Shown one piece after another: positions 1-7,105 of a stretch of 42,883 nucleotides of DNA. The notes under the pieces are model-generated. The model saw only the letters and a list, made by a program, of their open reading frames with translations. It was not told where the DNA came from and ran no database searches. This stretch comes from a virus (lineage: Duplodnaviria > Caudoviricetes). Location of the stretch: positions 1 through 42,883 of IMG/VR virus record IMGVR_UViG_3300020044_003030; one strand, given 5' to 3'. The position numbers were made by a program, and so were the translations under genes. The first letter of the stretch is position 1; each line of letters begins with the position of its first letter.

Positions 1-1
1 G

Positions 2-562
2 GCCAACAAGGACGGCCAGGACGAGTCAAGCTCCGGCCAGGGCCGGCACAGGGGCACGCCAACCTTTGACCCCACCAAAGCCCTCGCCGAGGGACGCACG
101 TGCTACGTGAACATGGGCCAAGGCGTGCTGATCGTCTACAACGGGTTCATTGCAGGCAAGTACCCGGTGGCAAGCCCACGCACTGTGGGCGCAGGGCGCA
201 ACGTGCGCATCGGCACATACGGGGACGGCGCTGCTGCACCCAGCTACGTGTGGGACGACCTGCTGTTCGGGGCCAAGGGGCACACAGCCTACAGCCACAA
301 CGGCGGCGACCCCGGGCGCTACATGGTCAGTGCCGACAGCCTACAGCAAGCCCAGACAGCATGGGCCAGCAAGTACCGCACGTTCCGCGTGGTGCACAGC
401 GTAGAAGAGATCGACCGCAAGCACGAGGTGCTGTGCCCAGCCAGCAAGGAGGCCGGCTACAAGGCGACATGCGCCACGTGTCTGCTGTGCGGGGGCACAT
501 CGGTGCAGGCCAAGAGCATCGCCATACCTGTGCACGGCAGCGGTGCTGTGCACTTTCAGTAA
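2..562 (+). CDS. Cys-rich hypothetical phage protein (5'-truncated), possibly metal/Fe-S binding
   Basis: Frame is open from base 2; motifs RTCYVN, RIGTYGD, CPAS and CATCLLC, with a C-terminal HG. Confidence 0.7.
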   Translation, partial: ANKDGQDESSSGQGRHRGTPTFDPTKALAEGRTCYVNMGQGVLIVYNGFIAGKYPVASPRTVGAGRNVRIGTYGDGAAAPSYVWDDLLFGAKGHTAYSHNGGDPGRYMVSADSLQQAQTAWASKYRTFRVVHSVEEIDRKHEVLCPASKEAGYKATCATCLLCGGTSVQAKSIAIPVHGSGAVHFQ

Positions 563-569
563 GTAACTC

Positions 570-586
570 GGGGGAACCGTTCCCCC
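570..586. repeat. Perfect inverted repeat GGGGGAAC-C-GTTCCCCC
   Basis: 8-bp arms with a 1-nt centre, intergenic. Confidence 0.75.
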
Positions 587-589
587 AAG

Positions 590-630
590 AACCCGTAGCC
601 GGTGCGGTTCACCGGCAGTTAACTGGAGAT
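590..630 (+). repeat. 41-bp direct repeat, copy 1 (hairpin GCCGGTG-CGGTT-CACCGGC plus GGAG RBS)
   Basis: AACCCGTAGCCGGTGCGGTTCACCGGCAGTTAACTGGAGAT is identical to 929-969. Confidence 0.95.
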
Positions 631-634
631 AGAA

Positions 635-928
635 ATGAACAACGCAACCCGCAAAACGCTGGCCGACTTCACGGTGCAGATCGAGGCCATCAAAGACCAA
701 CTGGCAGACATCCAAGGCCAGCTTGAGTCGATCAAGGATCAGGTCGAGACCGTAGGTGAGAAAGAGCGCGAGAAGTTCGACAACATGCCCGAGGGCCTGC
801 AAGAGAGCGACAGGGGTCAGGCGATACAGGAGGCTGCTGACACGCTGGAGTCGGCCGTGAGCGACATGGATGACGCCATCAACGGCGTCGAGAACGCCAT
901 TGCCAACATTGAAATGGCAATGGCCTAA
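635..928 (+). CDS. Acidic coiled-coil hypothetical protein
   Basis: 97 aa, GGAG RBS, heptad-like pattern, FDNMPEGLQES motif. Confidence 0.85.
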   Translation: MNNATRKTLADFTVQIEAIKDQLADIQGQLESIKDQVETVGEKEREKFDNMPEGLQESDRGQAIQEAADTLESAVSDMDDAINGVENAIANIEMAMA

Positions 929-969
929 AACCCGTAGCCGGTGCGGTTCACCGGCAGTTAACTGGAGAT
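929..969 (+). repeat. 41-bp direct repeat, copy 2
   Basis: Identical to 590-630; starts immediately after the stop codon at 928. Confidence 0.95.
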
Positions 970-973
970 CGAT

Positions 974-1144
974 ATGTTTTTTGAAGTTGAATTGAAGCGT
1001 GAGTCCTACGTGACCTACATCATAGAAGCAGACAGCCCCGACGAGGCGGAAGACAAGGCGTGGGAAGAGTTGAAGGAATCCGGCGATTTTGGCAAAGATG
1101 CCAGTTGGAGCGTCGAGTCTATTGAAGATGTGGAGGCAACATGA
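974..1144 (+). CDS. Small acidic hypothetical protein (56 aa)
   Basis: Translated by hand (MFFEVELKRESYVTYIIEADSPDEAEDKAW...); RBS supplied by the repeat; ATGA overlap with next gene. Confidence 0.8.
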   Translation: MFFEVELKRESYVTYIIEADSPDEAEDKAWEELKESGDFGKDASWSVESIEDVEAT

Positions 1145-1317
1145 AAAAGAAACGCTGGACATACAAGGTGTACTACGCAGGCCGGTTCGTGGCTTCGTTC
1201 ACATCACGGGCGAAAGCCCGGGAGTTTATGGAGAACATGACTGACTTCGACGTGCCCTTCCTCATCACGCCCGACATTGCGGGGCAGACAGCGTACATGA
1301 TTGGAACACTGAAATGA
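1141..1317 (+). CDS. Hypothetical protein (58 aa)
   Basis: MKKKRWTYKVYYAG...; GGAGG RBS; ATGA overlaps at both ends. Confidence 0.75.
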   Translation: MKKKRWTYKVYYAGRFVASFTSRAKAREFMENMTDFDVPFLITPDIAGQTAYMIGTLK

Positions 1318-1409
1318 AACCCTTCCTGTGGGCACTGACCCAAGCAATCCTCGGCGCTGCCATCTGGGGCGGCGTGTTTATCTATTACTTTTGGAGCATG
1401 ACACCATGA
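1314..1409 (+). CDS. Small single-TM protein (31 aa)
   Basis: MKPFLWALTQAILGAAIWGGVFIYYFWSMTP; ATGA overlaps at both ends. Confidence 0.65.
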   Translation: MKPFLWALTQAILGAAIWGGVFIYYFWSMTP

Positions 1410-1708
1410 CCGGATACAAACTCTTCCGCAAGATGCGGGACGGGTACGCCCCGCTGTTCATCAACAAGCGACTGCGGCTGCAGCCGGGGTGCACATACCC
1501 GATGGAGGATCACCCTACCAAGGGCTTCGCCCACCGTCCGGGCTGGCACATCTGTAGTGAGCCCATCGCCCCGCACTTAAGGCAAGGCGGGGACAGGGTG
1601 TGGTGCAAGGTGCGGTTCGACAAGCTGGACGTTATCGAACGCCCACTCAGTCAAGGCGGCATCTGGTATCTAGGGAAAACCCTGACGATTCTGCACGAAG
1701 TTATCTAA
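1406..1708 (+). CDS. Hypothetical phage protein (100 aa)
   Basis: Start at ATG 1406 (ATGA overlap, GGAG upstream); motifs HPTKGFAHRPGWH and QGGIWY. Confidence 0.75.
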   Translation: MTGYKLFRKMRDGYAPLFINKRLRLQPGCTYPMEDHPTKGFAHRPGWHICSEPIAPHLRQGGDRVWCKVRFDKLDVIERPLSQGGIWYLGKTLTILHEVI

Positions 1709-1715
1709 AAAATCC

Positions 1716-1733
1716 CCACATCTGTGGTATTCT
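1716..1733 (+). promoter_or_regulatory. Putative extended -10 promoter (TGTG-G-TATTCT) overlapping palindrome CCACA-TC-TGTGG
   Basis: Intergenic, upstream of the DUF932 gene; matches the TRTGnTATAAT consensus. Confidence 0.4.
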
Positions 1734-1775
1734 CGTTACCGCGTTCTTTCTTATTAACTTTTATGGAGTATTCAA

Positions 1776-2741
1776 ATGGCACACGAACTTACAACAAACC
1801 AAGACGGTCAAGTCGAATTCGCATACCTCGAGCGGGACGGCCTGCCGTGGCACGGCCTCGGCCAAGCGATGCCTATGGGGGCAAGCATCGAGGACTGGCG
1901 CAAGCAGTCGGGCATGGACTGGCGTATCCAGCGTAGCAAGGTGCGCTACGCGGTCAGCCGTGACGAGGGCGCTGTGTTCGAGGAGATGGCTGACCAGCAC
2001 GTACTGTTCCGCAGCGACAGCAAGAAGGCGCTCGGACTTGTGTCCGAGAAGTACAAGGTCGTGCAGCCCAGCGAGGTGATCGAGTTCTTCCGCGACATTG
2101 CCCGGGCAGGCGGGCTGGAGTTGAGTGCAGCGGGCACGATCTTCGGAGGCCGGCGGTTCTGGGCGACAGCCAAGATAGGTGAGGCGAGTCCAACCAATGT
2201 ACGTGACAAGATCGGCGGGTATTTGCTGATCAGCACCAGCGCTGACGGTTCGCTGGCAACTGAGGTGAGGCGCACGACGGTGCGCACGGTATGCTCCAAC
2301 ACGCTGGCGATGGCGATGGCGGATGCGCCGGCCTCGATCAAGGTGTCACACAAGTCGGTGTTCGACCCCGCAGCCGTGCGGGACTTCATGGGGCTCAACG
2401 AGGCGGCGTGGGAGGCGTTCAAGCATCAGGTCGTGCGGCTGGCTAACAAGCCCGTGATCCTCGAGGCGGCAGAGAAGATCACCGCGGACCTCCTCGGTGG
2501 TGGCGACAAGGTGTACGCCACAGCGGGCTACAACAAGATCCTCGACCTGTTCCAAGGGCAGGCGAAGGGGGCTGACTTCGACGGTGTGAATGGCTCTGCT
2601 TGGGGCTTCATCAACGCCGTGACTGAGTACGCGGACTGGTTCTCTCGGGCACGTACGCATGAGAACCGCTTCGTGTCATCGCAGTGGGGTCTGGGCGCAG
2701 ACCTCAAGCAGCGTGCACTGGACGCTGTGCTGGCAGTTTAA
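1776..2741 (+). CDS. DUF932 / TIGR03299 phage-plasmid protein
   Basis: MAHEL...PWHGLG, YKVVQP, RTVCSNTL and SAWGFINAVTEY motifs; GGAG RBS. Confidence 0.9.
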   Translation: MAHELTTNQDGQVEFAYLERDGLPWHGLGQAMPMGASIEDWRKQSGMDWRIQRSKVRYAVSRDEGAVFEEMADQHVLFRSDSKKALGLVSEKYKVVQPSEVIEFFRDIARAGGLELSAAGTIFGGRRFWATAKIGEASPTNVRDKIGGYLLISTSADGSLATEVRRTTVRTVCSNTLAMAMADAPASIKVSHKSVFDPAAVRDFMGLNEAAWEAFKHQVVRLANKPVILEAAEKITADLLGGGDKVYATAGYNKILDLFQGQAKGADFDGVNGSAWGFINAVTEYADWFSRARTHENRFVSSQWGLGADLKQRALDAVLAV

Positions 2742-2747
2742 TCAACC

Positions 2748-2763
2748 GGGGGCTTCGGCCCCC
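2748..2763 (+). other. GC-rich cUUCGg tetraloop hairpin without a U-tract
   Basis: GGGGGC-TTCG-GCCCCC directly after the DUF932 stop. Confidence 0.6.
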
Positions 2764-2788
2764 ACAACAAACCAACAGGAGAAATCAA

Positions 2789-3112
2789 ATGAACATGAAC
2801 AGACTAAACGTATTCCGCCGCCTCGACGAACTCGAGACCGCCAACATGCACTTGCAAGTCGTGTTGAAGAGCGCACGCGCAGACATCAAGACCCTGCAAG
2901 CAGAGACGCGGAACTTAACGCTGGGGGTGTTGAGGGTGGACAAAGAGGCACAACCCGCGCCGGCAGCACAACCCACGCCAGCAGCAAAGCTTAAGCCAAA
3001 GAAACGCAAGCCATACATAACAGAGGCGAAAAGGAAAAAGAACCGAGAGTACGCACGTAAGTACTACGCCAAGAAGAAAGCAGAGAAGCTGGCAGCGATG
3101 GAGGCAGCATGA
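2789..3112 (+). CDS. Coiled-coil protein with very basic C-terminus
   Basis: AGGAG RBS before ATG 2789; KKNREYARKYYAKKK tail. Confidence 0.8.
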   Translation: MNMNRLNVFRRLDELETANMHLQVVLKSARADIKTLQAETRNLTLGVLRVDKEAQPAPAAQPTPAAKLKPKKRKPYITEAKRKKNREYARKYYAKKKAEKLAAMEAA

Positions 3113-3309
3113 ACCTAACGCAACAATTCAAACGGCTGACCAGACGCCTGACCCCTGCAGAGATGGCTGCTGCTGAACTGGCTGAGGCTGAACTGCATAG
3201 GCTGGAAGCACATAGTGCCGTAGAGTACGCCAGCAGCGTGGTGTCTTACGAAGACGCCCGAATCAAACGATTGAGGAAGTTCTTAGCAGATGCGGAGAAA
3301 CAAGCATGA
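3109..3309 (+). CDS. Hypothetical protein (66 aa)
   Basis: ATGA-coupled, GGAGG RBS. Confidence 0.8.
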   Translation: MNLTQQFKRLTRRLTPAEMAAAELAEAELHRLEAHSAVEYASSVVSYEDARIKRLRKFLADAEKQA

Positions 3310-3761
3310 GTGGCATTCATATTGACACGACTGGCCTTCATGTCGCCAAGATTGACAAGTACGGCCCTGCGTACACAAAAAAGTCTGTCATTAACACAGT
3401 CGCTGCCGAGGTCGATAGCACTAATGGCAGTTTTATTACCCGAGGAACAAAGACCATGACTATTGATATGCAAAAAGCCACCCACACGTTGACCGACGCA
3501 GAGCGTATGTTTGCAAGGGCTATAGACAGCTATCAAGCGCAGACCGCTGCGTTAGCTGCGTCAGCCAAGAAATGTTCGGGCGATGTGCGCCAAGCCGCTA
3601 ATGACTTGGCGTCTGGTTTAAGCAAGGTAGAAAAGACAGCCAACTTTGCTAACCTTGAACGCTATGTAAATTTGTTAGAGAGGGCCGCCGCTGCTATGCA
3701 AATGCTGGCCGAGTTAGAAAAGTCCGGCAAGCTGGACAAGATTGCAGGGGCTTTGAAATGA
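3306..3761 (+). CDS. Hypothetical helical protein
   Basis: ATGA-coupled 151-aa ORF. Confidence 0.75.
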   Translation: MSGIHIDTTGLHVAKIDKYGPAYTKKSVINTVAAEVDSTNGSFITRGTKTMTIDMQKATHTLTDAERMFARAIDSYQAQTAALAASAKKCSGDVRQAANDLASGLSKVEKTANFANLERYVNLLERAAAAMQMLAELEKSGKLDKIAGALK

Positions 3762-3850
3762 CATGGCCCTTCCCCACCCAGCTACCACCCAACCGGCCCA
3801 TCCCGCCGATGCCGTTTAACCCCAACAACCATGAAGAGTCACCGCTATGA
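3758..3850 (+). CDS. Small Pro-rich peptide (30 aa)
   Basis: MTWPFPTQLPPNRPIPPMPFNPNNHEESPL; exactly bridges two ATGA overlaps. Confidence 0.65.
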   Translation: MTWPFPTQLPPNRPIPPMPFNPNNHEESPL

Positions 3851-4110
3851 GCATACTAGAAGAGATTAAAGTCAACCGCACCCCCACACACATGGTGCGC
3901 CCCGCAAGCATAGAGTTGCAAAAGAAAACCAAGCAGACGCTTGGGGAATACGTGGAGCGCGAGAAGCTGCCCGGTGAAGTTAAACGGGCTGAAAACGACT
4001 TGTGGGAGCGACCAATGTACCGCTCCGGTGACGGTGACAGTATGCGGCAGGTTCCACGGGCAGGAAGTTTGGATGCGTTCAGTTTGCCAAGCAGGGGGAA
4101 TCGGACATGA
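3847..4110 (+). CDS. Hypothetical protein (87 aa)
   Basis: ATGA-coupled; ends RAGSLDAFSLPSRG. Confidence 0.75.
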   Translation: MSILEEIKVNRTPTHMVRPASIELQKKTKQTLGEYVEREKLPGEVKRAENDLWERPMYRSGDGDSMRQVPRAGSLDAFSLPSRGNRT

Positions 4111-4226
4111 AAGACGATGAAGTAGAGGATTTCTTTAAGTACGGCTGGATAGATGCCACCATAGCCATTGCCATCGCGCTGCTTGCGCTGGTGGCGCTGT
4201 TTTTCTTTGCGGGGTATTTGACATGA
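4107..4226 (+). CDS. Small single-TM protein (39 aa)
   Basis: MKDDEVEDFFKYGWIDATIAIAIALLALVALFFFAGYLT; ATGA overlaps at both ends. Confidence 0.7.
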   Translation: MKDDEVEDFFKYGWIDATIAIAIALLALVALFFFAGYLT

Positions 4227-4438
4227 CGAACGAAGAGTACAACAAACTGTTTCACAGGGCACAGGTAAACCTAGTAGCATTTAAGCAGGTAAACGATTGC
4301 GACGACGAGTTGCGGAGTATGGTGGAAATGGCTGTTGCTGCCGAGCGAGAGGCTTGCGTGCGGATGTGCAATGAAGCAGACAAATCCACGCACCCGGCAG
4401 ATTTAGCTGCTGCTATCCGTGCAAGGGGAAACACATGA
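4223..4438 (+). CDS. Hypothetical protein (71 aa)
   Basis: ATGA-coupled; EREAC...AAAIRARG tail. Confidence 0.8.
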   Translation: MTNEEYNKLFHRAQVNLVAFKQVNDCDDELRSMVEMAVAAEREACVRMCNEADKSTHPADLAAAIRARGNT

Positions 4439-4686
4439 CAGGATTTGAATCAAAGCGCCAATCAGCGCAGGACAAGCTGGACGATGAGGCAGACACGCTG
4501 ACGATCGTGTACCAGCAAGGTTTTGCCGATGGCAAGCGATCAGCACAGCGCACATGGGTAGGTCTGACGGATGAGGAAGTAGAGCTCTACTGGGATTGGG
4601 AAGATTTTCAGATTGGGGCTGGGCGCTCAACTATCTTCAAAATGGTTAGAGATATTGAGGCCAAACTAAAGGAGCGCAACACATGA
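4435..4686 (+). CDS. Hypothetical protein (83 aa)
   Basis: ATGA-coupled; RTWVGLTDEE...IEAKLKERNT. Confidence 0.8.
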   Translation: MTGFESKRQSAQDKLDDEADTLTIVYQQGFADGKRSAQRTWVGLTDEEVELYWDWEDFQIGAGRSTIFKMVRDIEAKLKERNT

Positions 4687-4862
4687 ATCAAAAGAAACAG
4701 CAACTACATGAGCGCCTTGGCATGTCCGTGGAGGAAGCACTCAACCGATTGATTTCGTTTGGGCAGCTTAACCACAAGTACAAGCAAGAACACGGCGAGT
4801 CGATTAACCCTCAACATCTTGACGCTGTGCTTAACGCCACACAACCAAAGGAGAAGATATGA
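4683..4862 (+). CDS. Hypothetical protein (59 aa)
   Basis: Translated by hand (MNQKKQQLHERLG...); AGGAG RBS; ATGA overlaps. Confidence 0.7.
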   Translation: MNQKKQQLHERLGMSVEEALNRLISFGQLNHKYKQEHGESINPQHLDAVLNATQPKEKI

Positions 4863-5032
4863 AGTTAATTGATCTGCACTGGAACAACAATAAAGGTGAG
4901 GGCCATGTTAAGTACACCAAAGAATTTGAGGAGGCGCATATTGTTTTGCAGCTTGACATGTTGCAAGACTGCCTCGTTGATTTGGAGGATAAGTACAACT
5001 CACTACTAGCAAAACCGGAGAAGAACGGGTGA
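4859..5032 (+). CDS. Hypothetical protein (57 aa)
   Basis: Translated by hand (MKLIDLHWNNNKG...); AGGAG RBS; ATGA/GTGA overlaps. Confidence 0.7.
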   Translation: MKLIDLHWNNNKGEGHVKYTKEFEEAHIVLQLDMLQDCLVDLEDKYNSLLAKPEKNG

Positions 5033-5463
5033 AGCGGCCATACGGTAGGACACTGACCGGGCACACCGTACCCTATGGAACGCTTGTAAATGCAAGTAAA
5101 GAACTGCGCAGTGCGTACTACAACTACGGCTACCTACGTGATGAGGATATGCCCGAGTTGCCATGCATACCCTTGGAAGGTGAGTATGTTGATCCCATAG
5201 AAGAGGTGTACAAGAAAGACGTTGCTAGACTTATCAAAGAGGCACTGGATGACGTTACCCCAAGACAAGAGAAGGTATTGCGGCTGCGGTTTGGGATTGG
5301 TGTGGCACAGGAGCACACGTTTGAAGAAATCGGCGTGGTGCTTAATTTGACAAGTAGTCGCATCAGGCAGATCGAAGGCAAGGCAATACGCGATATCAAG
5401 CACCCGGCACGTTCATACAAACTTAAACAGTTAATTACATTTGCAACATGGAGGAACACATGA
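5029..5463 (+). CDS. Stand-alone sigma70 region-4 (RpoD-like HTH) protein
   Basis: C-terminal LDDVTPRQEKVLRLRFGIG..HTFEEIG..LTSSRIRQIEGKAIRDIKHPARS aligns with RpoD region 4; no region 2 present. Confidence 0.85.
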   Translation: MKRPYGRTLTGHTVPYGTLVNASKELRSAYYNYGYLRDEDMPELPCIPLEGEYVDPIEEVYKKDVARLIKEALDDVTPRQEKVLRLRFGIGVAQEHTFEEIGVVLNLTSSRIRQIEGKAIRDIKHPARSYKLKQLITFATWRNT

Positions 5464-5741
5464 CACCCGAAGACGAAGAATTTGAACGCATCGCGCATGA
5501 ACAGAAGAGACTTGCGGAATGGGCCCAGAAAGGGCCACCGAAGAAACCTTGGTCACAGCAGACCATTGAAGAGCGCGTTGACACAGCAATCAGCCAGTGG
5601 GAGAAAGCCCTAGCCAGAGTTGATCACGATGGCACGGCGCTGAATCACGACACTTATGACAAAGACCCCGTGCGGTTCAGCACCGCAACGGACTATCAAA
5701 CATTTGTGCAAGTGCTGCACAGTATCAGGGGGACGCCATGA
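5460..5741 (+). CDS. Hypothetical protein
   Basis: Start MTPEDEEF at the ATGA overlap, GGAGG RBS. Confidence 0.75.
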   Translation: MTPEDEEFERIAHEQKRLAEWAQKGPPKKPWSQQTIEERVDTAISQWEKALARVDHDGTALNHDTYDKDPVRFSTATDYQTFVQVLHSIRGTP

Positions 5742-5917
5742 CTGACCTCACCGAAGCCGGTCTCACGAAGATAATGGAAGAGATGCGGCAGATGATGAAA
5801 GACGCCTGTGAACCAATAACGCTGAAGCCAACTAAGCTGCTTATTCAACCCGCTGCTTTGGCCGAGCTTGGCCTGACGGTGGATGATGTAAAGAAGATGA
5901 TCAGGGAGAACCAATGA
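5738..5917 (+). CDS. Hypothetical protein (59 aa)
   Basis: Translated by hand (MTDLTEAGLTKIMEEMR...); ATGA overlaps at both ends. Confidence 0.7.
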   Translation: MTDLTEAGLTKIMEEMRQMMKDACEPITLKPTKLLIQPAALAELGLTVDDVKKMIRENQ

Positions 5918-6081
5918 GAGACAAGCGCATTTCCAAACAGAAACGAGTAGGGGAGCCGCTGTCAGTGGTCTACTGCATAAAGGTTACGCAGAGCCAGCGT
6001 ACTGCACTGATGCGACTTGGCCCCGAGTGGTTACGAGAACAAATAGAAAAGGCCAAGAATGATAAAGCCCCACAGAGTTAA
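5914..6081 (+). CDS. Small basic protein, possibly ribbon-helix-helix DNA-binding (55 aa)
   Basis: MRDKRISKQKRVGEPLSVVYCIKVTQSQRTALMRLGPEWLREQIEKAK...; strand-helix-G-helix pattern. Confidence 0.6.
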   Translation: MRDKRISKQKRVGEPLSVVYCIKVTQSQRTALMRLGPEWLREQIEKAKNDKAPQS

Positions 6082-6370
6082 GGTCAGCCACGCTGTCTTG
6101 ACGCAAACAATGCAGCTTTTGTTGCAAGGAACCGTGACCGCACAACAACTCAGTAGCCATACTGGTGTACACTTGGTCACCGCCCAAGAGTGGCTGCGGG
6201 AGCTCAAAGCCGGGGCCATCATACATGTCGTGGGCTGGCTGCAGGACTCGCTTGGGCGAGACGCGATCCCGGTCTATGGGATGTGGGAAGGGGTCGACAA
6301 GCCCCGGGCTAAGATGAGCCGAGCAGAGATATCGAAACGCTACAGAGAGCGACAGAAGGAGAAACAATGA
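6059..6370 (+). CDS. Winged-helix-like DNA-binding protein
   Basis: TAQQLSSHTGVHLVTAQEWLRELK HTH pattern followed by a beta-hairpin. Confidence 0.65.
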   Translation: MIKPHRVKVSHAVLTQTMQLLLQGTVTAQQLSSHTGVHLVTAQEWLRELKAGAIIHVVGWLQDSLGRDAIPVYGMWEGVDKPRAKMSRAEISKRYRERQKEKQ

Positions 6371-6576
6371 GCGCAAATGAGATACAAGTGGCCGGCAGCC
6401 ACTACAAGACCAAGGCTGTGCAGCCGTGGGACTACATTGCAGCCAATGAACTCGGGTACTTCGAGGGCAACATCGTTAAGTACGTGAGCCGTTGGCGTGA
6501 CAAGGGCGGGGTCGACGACTTACGCAAAGCCAAACACTACCTCGAGAAGCTCATCGAGCTACAGATTAAAGATTGA
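6367..6576 (+). CDS. DUF3310 (SaV-like / T7 gp1.7-related) protein
   Basis: QVAGSHY...QPWDYI...FEGNIVKYVSRW..KGG.DDL.KA.HYL motifs. Confidence 0.9.
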   Translation: MSANEIQVAGSHYKTKAVQPWDYIAANELGYFEGNIVKYVSRWRDKGGVDDLRKAKHYLEKLIELQIKD

Positions 6577-6719
6577 GTCGGGCCATCGATGTAGTCTAGA
6601 CAACCGCCTTGTATATGTGGCCCTAGATTGCGACAGCGCGTAGCCCGACAGCAGTTGTTTGACGCGTTGTCACTCCCCCACCCCGAACCGAGGGGGCGTG
6701 GAATTTACATTCCCCCCTC
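6577..6719 (+). ncRNA. Candidate structured RNA: H-type pseudoknot with inserted hairpin plus downstream hairpin
   Basis: Pairings 6577-83/6643-49, 6591-99/6623-31, 6604-07/6617-20, 6632-41/6662-71 and 6690-96/6713-19 within a 178-nt intergenic gap. Confidence 0.5.
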
Positions 6720-6754
6720 ACCTATTAAAGACATGAACACAACAGGAGTTAAAA

Positions 6755-7105
6755 ATGGTACATGACTACACCCGCGCACGTAACACAGACCCCTCAACAA
6801 GCCACGAGGCAGCGGACAGCGTAAAGGAGTTTGCTCACGCGCACTACCGCCAGATACTTTTTGCGTTGTTGGCCCACGGCCCGTTGGGTAAAGATGGTAT
6901 CGCGACAAAAGCCAATACGAATAACCGCGAGGATGGCGTTGCCATATCCCGCCGACTGCCTGAGTTGCAGAAGATGGGGCTGGTATTTCCTACAGGCGAG
7001 AGAGTTCAGTCGCGTAGTGGGCGCAGTGAACGTGAATGGGCAATCGACCCAGAAGCTTACCAAGAACTGGTCAAACAGAATGCCGCCCAACGGAGTGCCG
7101 CATGA
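6755..7105 (+). CDS. Winged-helix-like phage protein
   Basis: AGGAG RBS; ARNTDPSTSHEAA and SRRLPELQKMGLV motifs. Confidence 0.75.
   Translation: MVHDYTRARNTDPSTSHEAADSVKEFAHAHYRQILFALLAHGPLGKDGIATKANTNNREDGVAISRRLPELQKMGLVFPTGERVQSRSGRSEREWAIDPEAYQELVKQNAAQRSAA

Noticed and set aside
2-60. The N-terminal DESSSGQGRHRG is three single-base changes from DESICGQCRHRG, suggesting a lost CxxC motif
   Set aside because: It lies in the first 45 nt of the window, possibly a low-quality contig end, and the expected motif rests on recollection only; it cannot support a pseudogene call
590-969. Repeat pair as a mini-CRISPR array, given the Cas4-like gene
   Set aside because: Only two copies, the 298-nt spacer is a whole gene, and there are no other cas genes; solo Cas4-like nucleases are common in phage replication modules
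100-1162. Overlapping 208-aa (+) and 273-aa (-) ORFs
   Set aside because: They cross the RBS-supported genes and repeats; the repeated peptide LQLTAGEPHRLRV is just the 41-bp repeat read antisense
6560-6650. Pseudoknot as a readthrough or frameshift stimulator for DUF3310
   Set aside because: There is no slippery heptamer or spacer, and all three frames hit stops within about 70 nt
6577-6671. HDV-like (theta) or hammerhead ribozyme
   Set aside because: Only 1 nt lies between the S2 5' strand and the S1 3' strand, leaving no P3/L3; CUGANGA and GAAA cores are absent; no adjacent tRNA
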